Shown: positions 1 to 10,839 of the stretch, piece after piece
How positions within the stretch are numbered: the stretch's first letter is position 1
Layout of the letters: each line of letters begins with the position of its first letter
From: Hemiscyllium ocellatum
Lineage: Eukaryota
DNA: 64,000 nucleotides
Direction: 5' to 3'
Assembly (NCBI RefSeq): GCF_020745735.1
Contig: NC_083417.1
Span: 62,062,001-62,126,000 of the forward strand
Made by a program: the position numbers and the translations under genes
The notes under the pieces: model-generated
Databases searched by the model: none
Told to the model about the DNA's origin: nothing
The model's input: only the letters and a program-made list of their open reading frames with translations

Positions 1-1222
1 TCAATAAGGAGTGGGGATAAGTATATACAAAGAAGTGAACCATTCGCACACCTTACCCCAAAACTAGCAGCTAGTGGAGAAGTCTTGTAAGATAAAGTCA
101 TTCATTTGGCCACTGACATTTGATATTGATAATAATGTTTCAATATTAAACCCTAACATTATGGTAAAAATCAGTGACTTGAATTAGTTACACCAGTAAT
201 GAGACAAACAAAGAAATAAATAAGATCACTCATTCAGTTTACATACCCAATCCCATATTCCTTCACAAATATCAGGTATCAACTCAAAGGATGCAAACTA
301 ACAGACTAGATCTTGCTGTCTGTGAAAGAAATATATGATATTGAATATGAACATCTGGACCTGAGGTACAGGACAAACTATATATAAGCCTTCAGTTATT
401 TCATTAACTCAGATTAAAGAATCACATCAGATTGCAATTATTATGACCTTACATTCAGAGGCTCGAAAATTTCCTCCTTCCAACTCCTCCCCACCCTGCA
501 ACACAATGTGGACTGAGCACATCACTCCATTGAGTCAGTTGATAGTTGCACTTCCTTTGTGATTCTAAATCATAGAGAGCAGGGCTCGATCCCTGGTCTG
601 TGGTGAGCTACCAGATCTGAACAAGGATTGCACTGGCTAGTATTGGGAAGGCAAAAGTTTGTAAGAAACACTAAATGTCTGGGCCCATGCACTGTTGGCC
701 TTACTCCTCATTTTATCTACTATCAACTTTGGTTTCAAGAAGTTCCAACTTCATCTATTTTGTTTAATACCTAAAGAAATTTTAAAAGAATGAACTTTAT
801 TTATGAACCTAAAAGCAATTTTTTAAAAAACTTAATAAGGTAATTCCATAGATGTCATAAGCCATAGCAGAGAAAGTCACACAATGATGTGATAAGTACT
901 GTCCAACAATGAGAACCTTGTACAGTGTTCATCTCTGGGATCATTCAAATTGTCTCCATGTTCAGGGGAGCAGAAGGGAAAATTGATCATCTCATCATAA
1001 CTGTTTGTTCCTACAAATGGGATAAATCAAGACACAGGCTTTCTGAAATTTACTCACCTGTCTCTAACAGCCATGAACCATTCTTGATGAATTCTTACTG
1101 TTTGAACTTTTCACCACTGATATAAATCCATAACTGGGCATTTGAGTTGTATTAACTAATATTGATGGTTTGAAGTGCTTTGACTTTTTTGATTTGAATC
1201 CATTGAACTTATTTTTCCACAG

Positions 1223-1382
1223 ATGAGAGATGTGGTGGGCGCAGCCACTGCTGGACAGACCTATTTTCGAAACTGCATGGATAACACTGTGAGATATATG
1301 AACTCTTACAGAATTCCTCGATTCGTTCAGAACAGAGTGCGCAAGTGGTATGAATTCACTTGGGAATCACAAGGAATGCTGG
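1223..1382 (+). CDS. CNGB1: CNGB1 coding exon (C-linker), first exon visible in window; 160 nt
   Basis: ttttccacAG acceptor, G|gtatgt donor; encodes [53 protein letters not shown], matching the CNG beta subunit post-S6 C-linker as I recall it. Confidence 0.95.
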
Positions 1383-1675
1383 GTATGTCTGCCACTTTTT
1401 GCTTGAAGTGGAAATTCAACCTCAGCCTCAGCTAAATGGATTAACCATTGATGTGGTACCATTTGGGGGCAGGGTTTAGTTTTTCTGTGCTGTATAACCA
1501 TCAGGATCCAGGCCTGGGTTGTATGGAGTGTAATTTATCAAGAAAATTATGCTTTGGAATAGCAAATTACACCAGGAATGGACAGCTGCATGGAGCTAAG
1601 ATGTCATCGCACATCATGGAGCAAGACATTGTGCAGGAATCCTGGAAGTCATCTTCATAACCCAAGCAGAATAGC

Positions 1676-1818
1676 AGCAGAAAACCGAAAGAGCTGCAGA
1701 TGCCGGAAATCAGAAACAAGAACAAAAAGAACTTGCTGGAAAACTCAACCAGTCTGGCAGCATCTGTGAAGAGAAATCCGAGTTAACGTTTCAGGACCAG
1801 TGACTTTTCTTCAGAAAT
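1676..1818 (-). mobile_element. Penelope-like terminal-repeat fragment with hammerhead-like core
   Basis: minus strand reads tttCTGAAGAaaagtcactggtcctGAAAcgttaact; same repeat family as 1963-2010, 3724-3895 and 38905-38980, the last adjoining a Penelope RT relic. Confidence 0.7.
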
Positions 1819-2008
1819 TGTTGTCATGTTTAGCGGAAGCTAGCGACAGCAGATCAGCGCCTTTTCCAGGAATTTCCTTAGCACCTTGCAGAGGCAGAAC
1901 TTATGTTCAACCTTTAGAAGGCAAGTCGTGGGTTCGAGGTGCAACCAAGGTTGTGATTTTCCTAAAACAAAAACAGAAAATGCTGGAGAAACTCCACAGA
2001 TCTGACAG

Positions 2009-3722
2009 CATAGTGTTGTACAGCACAGAAACAGACCTTTCAGTCTAACTCATCCATGCTGACTAGATATCCTAAACTAATAGTCCCATTTACCAGCATT
2101 TGGCGCATAGTCCTCTAAACCCTCCCTATTCATGCACCCATCCAGATGCCTTTTCAATATTGTCATTATTCCAGCTTCCACCACTTCCTCTGGCAGTTTA
2201 TTCCATTCACACACCACCATCCGCGTGAAAAACTTTCCCCATAGGTTCCTTTTAGATCTTCCCCCTCTCACTTTAAACCTATGCCCTCTAGGTTCGAACT
2301 CCTCTACCCTGGGGAAAAGATCTTGGCTATTCACCTTATCCACGTCCCTCATGGTTTTATAAAGTCATTCCCTCAGCCTCGGGCGCTGCAGGAAAAATAG
2401 CTCCAGCCTACACAGCCTCTCCTTATGGCCAAAACACTCCAACCCCGGCAACATCCTTGCAAATCTTTTCTGTACCTTTCAAATTTAACAACATCTGTCC
2501 TATAGCAGGGAGACCAGAATTCAATGTAGTATTGCAAAAGTAGGCTCACCAATGTGCTGCACAGCCACAACATATATCCCAACTCCTATACTCAATGTAC
2601 TGACCAATAAAGGCAAGTGTAACAAAGAGCTCCTTCACTACCCTGTAAACCTGTGACTCCACCTTCAAGGAACTAAGAACCTGCACCCCAAGGTCTCTGT
2701 TCGGCAATGCTCCCCAGGTACCTACCATTAAGTGTATGTCCTGCCCTTAATTGCCTTATACAATGCAACGTCTCACATTTATCTAAATTAAACTCCATCC
2801 TCAATCCTTGGCAATAACCTTGTTCACTTGCCACTACACCAGCAATTTTGGTGTCATCTGCAAAGTTACTAAGAATCCCTCTTACATTAACATCCAAATA
2901 ATTTAAATAAATGTCAAAAAGTAGTGCACCCAGCACCGATCCTTGTGCCACACCACTGGTCACAGGCCTCCAATCTGAAAAACAACAATCCACAAGCACC
3001 CTCTGCCTCCTACCTTCAAGCCAATTTTGTATCCGAATGGCTAGCTCAAATGTGACCTAACCTTGCTTACCTGACTAACATATGGAACCTTGTCAAACGC
3101 CTTGCTGAAGTCCATATAAACAACGTTCACTGCTCTGCCTTCATCAATCTTGTCACTTCTTCAAAAACTCACTTAAGGTAGTGAGACACAATTTCCCATG
3201 CACAAAGCAATGTTGGCCATCTCTAATCAGTGCTTCCCTTTTCAAATACATTTAAATCCTGTCCCTCAGACTCCCTTCCAATGATTTACCCACCACTGAC
3301 CTCAGGCTCATTGGTCTACAGTTCCCTGGCTTTTCCTTACCACCTTTCTTAAATAATGGCACCACATTAGCCCATCCTTCAGTCTTCTGGCATCTCACCA
3401 GTGTCAATTATACAACTATCCCAGCAAGGGTCCCAGCAATCTCTTCCCTAGACTCCCATGAACTTCTGGGATACACATGATCAGGTCCCGGAATTACCTA
3501 CCTTTCTGCATTTAAAGACATTCAATACCTCCTCCTCTGTAACGTGGACACTTCTCAAGGTATCACTAATTATTGCTCCAAATTCTCTGTGTTCCATATC
3601 CATCTCCAATGTAAATACTGAAGTGAAATACTCATTTAGTGTCTCACATATCACCTATGGTTCCACATATTGGCAGCTATGTTAGTCTTTAAGAGGCCCT
3701 ATTTTCTCCCCAGTTACTCTTT
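2009..3722 (-). mobile_element. CR1 LINE, 5'-truncated, decayed; splits a Penelope-like palindromic remnant (1963-2010 / 3724-3895)
   Basis: minus-strand fragments WRPVTSGVAQGSVLG..FADDTKI, DLGVQV..SLKVESQV, RGHRFKV..WNKLP. Confidence 0.9.
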
Positions 3723-4167
3723 TTGTGGAGAAAGAGAGACAGAGTTCACATTTTGAGTCTGACATGATTCTTTGCCAAAATATATAAGACTTAAAGTTAA
3801 CTCTTTTTCCATCTCCACAAACAGTGTCCGAGCGGCTGAGTTTTTCCAGCACTCTGTTTTTATTTCAGGTCTTCAGCATCTGCTGTATTTTGAGCTTATT
3901 TTTTATGAATTCCCAAAGCCAGGAGTCCTGGGCCACAGTTAGGATATGCACAAGGTATGGTAGCTTCTGACTCTCAGTCTGGCTGTCCCCAGAGTTAGAA
4001 CTTGATGGGGAGAGGAAAGCTGCTGCTGGTTTCAAGGGTCTGCAAGCAGGATGCTGCATCACACTGGGGCTTTTAATATTGGTGAGTGGATCCAGCTGAG
4101 ATTAATGAAGTTGCGATTACATTGGTACAGTCTCTGTTCGGTACCAGTTTTGGATGAGCCTTTCATG

Positions 4168-4500
4168 GGGCGGAACAGTGGCTCAGTAATTAGCACCGCT
4201 GCCTCACAGCACCAGAGACCCAGGTTCGATTTCAATCTTGGTGATTGTCTATGTGGAGTTTGCACATTCTCTCTGTGTCTGCAATTGTTTCCTCTGGGTG
4301 CTCTGGTTTCCTCCCACAATCCAAAGATGTGCAGGTTAGATGCATTGGCCATGCTAAATTGTCCACAGTGTTCAGGGATGTGTAAGTTGGGTGCATTAGT
4401 TAGGAGTAAAATGTAGGAGAATGGGTCTGGGTGGGTCACTCTTCAGAGGGTCGGTGTGGAATCGTTAGGCTGAAGGGCCTGTTTCCATACCGTAGGAATT
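4168..4500 (+). mobile_element. HE1-like (V-SINE) tRNA-derived SINE
   Basis: A-box-like gtggctcagtaattagc, B-box ggttcgattt, V-domain tgtggagtttgcacattctc, CR1-like tail gggcctgtttcc. Confidence 0.85.
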
Positions 4501-4600
4501 CCACATCCCTAAGTCATAAGATTGTGGAATCAAACCCTATTCTAGAGATTTGAGCACATAAATCAGGCTGATAGTTAAGTGTAATATGGAAATAGTTCTC

Positions 4601-4820
4601 CAGTCAGTTCTGCTATAACATGTCTTTCATTAACGCAAATTGGCTGTAACACGATTGGTGAATTGGGAACGCTGTTTCTAAAACGCAAACTTGTAAAACA
4701 TGTGTTAGCTATAACACAATTAGATCGCCAACAGTTTAAGTGTTATTTGTATTGTGCAATTTAAGTATAGCATGGGGTCACACAGGAGTGGAAGTATCGC
4801 ATTGTAAAAGAAATGACTGC
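4601..4820. mobile_element. Tc1/mariner-pogo-like MITE
   Basis: degenerate terminal inverted repeats cagtcagttctgctataaca ... attgtaaaagaaatgactg; about 220 bp, non-coding. Confidence 0.55.
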
Positions 4821-4929
4821 ACATGTTTGGAGGTGTTAGCTTTCAAGTGAGATGTTTAACCTAGGTCCTATCTGCCATCTCAGATAAGCACAAAATCCAG
4901 TGACACAATTTGAAGGGGAAATGGGCCAT

Positions 4930-5055
4930 GATAGATTTTTTTTCTCATCAACTCGTTCAGAGATGTTATGACATACCTCTGAAGTAAATGGTACTTGAAC
5001 CTGAACCTCCTGGCCTCCCTCAGGAAAGGGACACTACCACTGCACCACAAGAGCT
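4930..5055 (-). mobile_element. short tRNA-derived SINE (same family as 62690-62810)
   Basis: minus strand gtggtgcagtggtagtg (A box) ... ggttcaagtacc (B box), A-rich end. Confidence 0.6.
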
Positions 5056-7101
5056 GTGATATCCTAACTAAAATTTATCCCTCAGTCACAATCATTTTAA
5101 ACAAATAGATGATTTGATCATATTTTTGGGAGATTGCTATGCATGAATTATATTCCCTACAATAGGCCCCACACTAGAAAAAAGTTATTTGTTCAGAATA
5201 AAATGCTTTGGGTTGTCCTGACATTTTGAAAGACACTTTTGAAGTTCTGAAGAAGGTTGAATTCTGAAATGGAAAGCATCTGTGACTCACTTTCTTCACT
5301 TTTGCTAATACCCCAAGAATTAAGAGTAGATGGTCTAGAAGCTGACCAAGCGACCCATAAAATTCAGGACATAATTCAGAACCTGTCACTTTAGTACCAA
5401 TTAGAGATAGGCTGCAGTTAAAGTTTCAGCATGTGAATTAACACCAACTTCTCCAGGTTGGAACAACATCAGGTGGGGAAGCAGACACATCTGGCATGTG
5501 GTTGTCTGACAGACCAGCATCTCGATGTGCATCTTCACCAGCATTCTCCCGTTTAGTTACCCCACTGAGCGCCTCATAAGAGAGAATTCAGCTGTATCCT
5601 TGCCCTCAAATGAGCCGGCACACAAATTATTCTTCCCTCCTGGCCATGCTTTAGTCTTCTAAAACTCTGGTCATGCTGATTCCAAATCCATTTTTGCCTC
5701 TAAGATACAGACACCTGAACTGGTTGATACAAATGTTAGGGCCTCTTCACAAGTTCTGTGGTATAGCTGTGCTTCCTCGTACAGACTGTGTTATGACTGA
5801 ACAGGTCATAGTTCTTTGGATGTTGAAAGCAAGAAATCAAAGAGGGAAAGAATAGAAAAAGAAGGTGGGAGGAAATCATGGTCACATTATCTGCTCAACA
5901 TTCCAGATAGCAGGGTGATGGTGAGAAGGTACATGTGTCATGGACATATCATCCTCAATGTTCTTAGAAATATTAGGTGTCATGGACTTTGTTGCAACTG
6001 TCCCTATGTTGCAGGGAACCATCTCATTTATAAAGTTTGGAAGATGTAGATGTCCTTGTCCTCACCAGTTCTACTCATCTCCCTTCTGTTATGTTCTACT
6101 TGTTCCATGAGAGAGAGTAGAATATCGTGATTACCCAAATATAATGTAATACAATGTGCCTGGAGATGTGTGCAAGGAGCTAAGTGTGAAGCTGGCAGCA
6201 TTGGAATATGTCAAGGTGAAGTGCCAAATTGTGCTGCCAGGTGAGTGATGTAATGTGATTCATTGAGTAGCAGGAGAGGCTGGTGATCAGCAGGTTGGAG
6301 GTGTCATGTGAAGATGCTCACCAGACCACTCTTGAAGTTATTTCACATCAGGTGGAACCTTTGCTTGGTCCTCAGCGACCAATTCTGGGAATGGCTTCTG
6401 TGTCCACTGACCCACTCCCTTCTTAATGTTTACTCCCCTGCCCCAACCCTTATGTCTGTGCAATGTCTCCTCCAGTCCCCCTCAATGACCAAACTCTACA
6501 GCACTTCATCTGTGAACCAAAGAGCCCTCTCTTTGCCTGGGTGTCTGATTTTCATTCTTCAGAATTGCAGTAATAACATTCAATAGCAGGCTTTGTTTTC
6601 AGTAAAACCTCCCTTAAGGAGGAACATATTGCATTTAAGAAAAACAGACTAGCTGCCCCAAATGCTATCAGCACAGGCTCCTGTTGTCACTGTTGAGCAC
6701 TCAAAAAAAACCAACAATGTGAACCCTGCTTGGAACAACACTACAATTTGGTAAATTAAGAGACAGCACCGCATTTGTGTGCTACCTACCTCCAAAACAA
6801 CAAGCAAAGTGTGTTAGCTGCAAATCACGATCTTGCATCCAAAAACAATATCAACTTATGCTTTTAGGAAATGGATGGTTTCATGGGACAGGGATTTGGT
6901 ATTGTATGGTGCTGTTCCTGCTACCTGTCTCAGAAATGTCTGGAAATAAACCACTAAAAGCTGGGCCACCCTTCCTTAACTTGGGCTGGGAAATTGGAAA
7001 TATTGGAAGTTTGGCCTTAATTATTTTTGCCGCCTGCATAATAAAGAAGTTTCTCGCCGGCAGAATTCTAATTTCAACTCACTCTCTTGTTTTGTTTCCA
7101 G

Positions 7102-7199
7102 ATGAGACGGAGCTGTTAGTGCAACTTCCTGACAAGATGAGACTGGACATTGCCATTGATGTTAACTATAGCATCGTCAGTAAGGTGGCACTGTTTCAG
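7102..7199 (+). CDS. CNGB1: CNGB1 coding exon; 98 nt
   Basis: tttgtttccAG acceptor, CAG|gtatgg donor; (D)[32 protein letters not shown]; phase continues from previous exon; QLPDKMRLD is CNGB1-like rather than CNGB3-like. Confidence 0.95.
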
Positions 7200-8234
7200 G
7201 TATGGAGATTAATATTAGGAGAAAAGCATTCGGACAGTTAGTAATCATGAACTAGAATATGGTTAAATGAGTGGTCAAGACCTCCAGGTTAATGTTAAAA
7301 TCTAAGCAAATACCTCAGTGCTCCACTCCTCCACGGTGGAAAGACAGGAGTGATGTTTGTGGAATGGACAGCCACAGCATCATGCTGTACAGGGCTTTGC
7401 ACTTCAAAAGTACTGAAACAACTTGACTGTTTTGTACGTAAGATTGCCTCAGCAGCAAATATTCCCTATTCTTTACTCCAAATTTTACAAGCTGTTTAAT
7501 TTTGTACCACAGTGATAATGCATAGAATGAAAAATAGTTTGAACACCCAAGAACACTTGGGCTGTTAGCAGTTGGGAGAGAGGTGAAGCTTGTGATTCTA
7601 GAATGGGAATGCAATGTGGCTCCAACATGCCCACAGATGTCAATTAAGTGGCTGTTCAGAATTAACATAAAAACTTATGTGTGAGACCATTGGGATGCAA
7701 CACCTCAAGGTGTCAAGGAGACTTTAAACATACTGAACAGTGATCTCCTGTGACTACACTGATGATCAGCTTACTCAATCAGCAAGTCACTCCCTGCAGA
7801 TTATGTCCCAGATGTGAAACATTTTATGTCTTGCCCTTTGAAGACAGGGGTAAAAATCTAGTATCAACTCCACTGCAGTCTGCTGGTGGGACTGGATATC
7901 CTTGTGTGTACTAGCCTGTATTCAAGCATTAGTGTGCTGTGAAGTCACAGTAAGAAACTGTCCCCAAGTGTTGCAGGAAGACTCTCTCTCAAACCAAGGT
8001 TTCAAACCAGTTTAAAAAGGAATCCAAATAAAGGAACTTCCATCAAATTACAAAACTAAGAAAATTTAAAATTGCTTGTTCAACTGCCAACATCACTGTG
8101 ACCAGTAATGTTCACTGCAAATGCTATAAGTTCAATTATCTTGAATAATTCAGAGACTGATTTATATCACCTTTATTTTACTTTTTATCTTTTTAGAGTC
8201 ACCTCTTATTTCCAATCTGTGTGTATGTATGTTC

Positions 8235-10452
8235 CATTAAGAGGGGGGAAATAAAGTATGAGAGCAATTTATAAGGAACATAAAACTGGTTGTAAAAGCT
8301 TCTTTAAATTTGTGAAGAGGAAAAGATTAGTAAAGGCAAATGAAGTTCCCTTACAAACAGGAGCTGGGGAAATTATAATGGGGAACAAAGAAATGGCAGA
8401 AGAATTAGACATATACTTCATAAAATAACTGCACAGAGGCCGGTATCCCATCGCTAAGTCACCCTTTATTTACATGTGCAAGGTACATGGGCTCTGACCA
8501 GCCAGCTGACAGCCAGTCCCTAGAATCAGGAGACTCTCTGAATCTCCTGTTTGAATCTGTCAGCAAGGGCTCCCCGATTGTTCCAGGTTAACAACCTTAA
8601 TCAAGGATCTCACGAGATCCACCTGGTCCTCATTCCAATCACTACACTTGATTCTGTCTTCACAAAACAGGGCACAAATGACCTCCCAGAAATGTTAGGG
8701 AACTAAGTGAGAGCCTCGATTCAGAAGGAGGAATTGAAGGAAACCTGTATCGATAAGCAAACAGTACTAGGGCAATTAATGGGGTTAAAGGCTGACAAAT
8801 CACCAGGGACTGATAATTCACATCTCAGAGTTCTAAAGGAAGTAACTGTGGAAATATTAGATGCATTGGTAGTCAACTTTCAAAATTTTGTAGCCCCTGA
8901 AGCAGGTCCTACAGGTTGGAGGGTTGCAAATGTAACCCCATGCCCACAATTTTTAAAAGAGAGGAGAGAATAAAAACAGAATTACAGGCCAGTTAGTTTA
9001 ACATCAGTAGTGGGGAAAAACTAGAGTCTATTATAAAAGATGTGAAAACAGACATTTGGAAAGCTTTAATGGGACTGGACAAAACCAGCATGAGTCTATG
9101 GAAAGCAAACTATGTTCAACAAATCTGAGTTAAGGAAAGAGTTCTTCACTCAGAGGTAGTGAACCTGTGGAATTCTCTACCATAGAAGCTTGTGGAAGCC
9201 AAGTCACTGTACATATTGAGGAAAGAGATTGGTTCAGTTTTGAGGATACAACTGGTTGAATAGATATGGGCAAACTAGTGGATATGATACATTTGTATTT
9301 TTAGAAGCTTTTAACAATGTCTTATCTAAGAGGCGAGAGGACAAAAATTTGGGGTAATATGGATTGAAAACTGTTTGACAGACAGGAAACAGAGAGTGGG
9401 AATAAATAGATCTTTAACTGTGTGGCAGAAGTAACTACTGAGGAATTATAAGGATTAGTACTTGGTCTCAAGTATTTACAACATATATAAGTGACCTTGA
9501 GGAAGGAACCAATTGCAGCATTTCCAAGTTTCTTGATAACACAAAAGCACCTGGGACTGTGTGATGTAAAAAGGATTCAAGGAGGCGTCAAGGTGATTTA
9601 TACAAGTTGAGTGAATTGGCAAATGCATGACAAATGCAGTGCAGTGTGGCTCAATGTGAAGTTAAACACTTCAGTGTGAAAACAGAAATGTGGAATATTA
9701 TTTAAGTGGTGATATATTGGGAAATATATTCAGGGTGTCTTTGTACGTTCATCAATGAAAGTATGTGCAGCAAGCAGTTATGAAGGTAAATGGTATATTG
9801 GCCTTCATTACAAGAGGATTTGAATTCAGAAGTAGGGATATTGTACTCCAGTTATATAGGACCTTGGTCAGACCAAATATAGAGTATTGTATACTGTTTT
9901 GGTCCCCATACTTAAGGACAGATATACTTGTCATAGGGGGAGTGAATTGGAGGTTCACTTGGCTAATGCTGGGGATTACAGGACTGTCCTATGAGAGGAG
10001 ACAGGTTTGACTTGGCCTGTACTCACTAAAGTTTAGAAGAGTGAGAGAGGATCTGATTGAAAGGTATTAAGTTATAACAGGGCTGGACAGACTATATGCA
10101 GTGAGGATATTTTCCCTGGTTGGAGAGTCTATAGCTAGGGGTCACAGTCTCAGGATACAGGGTAGGATGTTTAGAACTGAGTTACGGAAAGAGCTCATCA
10201 CTCACAAGGTAGTGAACCTGTGGAATTCTCTACTCTAGAAGCTTGTGGAGGCCAAGTCACTGAATATATTCAAGAAAGAAATTGGTACATTTTTAGATGT
10301 TAAAGGTATTAAGGGATGTGGGGAGAAAGTAGAAAGGTGACATTGAGATCATATGATCAGCCTTGATCATAAGGAATGATCAGCCTTGATCATATGGAAT
10401 GATAGAACAGCCAAATGGCCGACTCCTGCTCCTGGGTTCTGTGTTTCTATGT
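8235..10452 (+). mobile_element. old CR1 LINE (ORF2 and 3' UTR), decayed
   Basis: LKADKSPG..LKEV..W.VANVTP, LYRTLVRP.IEYC..FWSPY; tail ccaaatggccgactcctgctcct..tttctatg. Confidence 0.85.
8420..8646 (-). mobile_element. probable solo LTR inserted in the CR1
   Basis: about 230 bp interrupting collinear CR1 sequence; minus strand starts TGTAG and contains AATAAA. Confidence 0.45.
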
Positions 10453-10839
10453 TAATGACTCTCTTTACATTTAATAATTAACTAACTCACTCTTTGTTAA
10501 TTCAAGAAAGCCTGATACAATTTTGACTCCTTTTAAAGTTAATTTGTATCTAGCAGCAGGTTATCCACAAGGGAAAATATCCTTTCTAAACCTTATTGCA
10601 ATTATTTGATGGGGTTAGTGAATAAAGAAGGAGAGTTGATGCATCCCTTAACACACTTGACATTTTGGGGCATCCACCAAGAACTGTAATGATGTGGTGT
10701 AACCTCCTCTCGGGCCTGGTTGTAACAGTAACTACTTGCTGAGAACAGAACCTTACCCGTTGGTTTCAGCAGTGAATTTATTGTAGACATCAATGAGCTC
10801 TTTTCAGATTGATTTTAACTTGTTTTCAAATTTTATTTG

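Larger units (their letters stand above)
4540..5235 (+). mobile_element. ancient Deu-domain SINE (SacSINE1/AmnSINE-like), interrupted by a MITE and a short SINE
   Basis: gagatgtttaacctaggtcctatctgcc...atttatccctca...tgctttgggttgtcctga resembles the DeuSINE consensus as I recall it. Confidence 0.6.

Noticed and set aside
4168-4240. tRNA gene (also 55305 and 62700)
   Set aside because: A/B boxes run into SINE bodies, with no intact cloverleaf or oligo-T terminator
5500-6700. Possible Harbinger-type or other DNA transposon relic
   Set aside because: Composition is suggestive but I could not support motifs or termini
6777-7241. 154-aa ORF as an independent gene
   Set aside because: Only 7102-7199 is the CNGB1 exon; the rest is in-frame intron read-through
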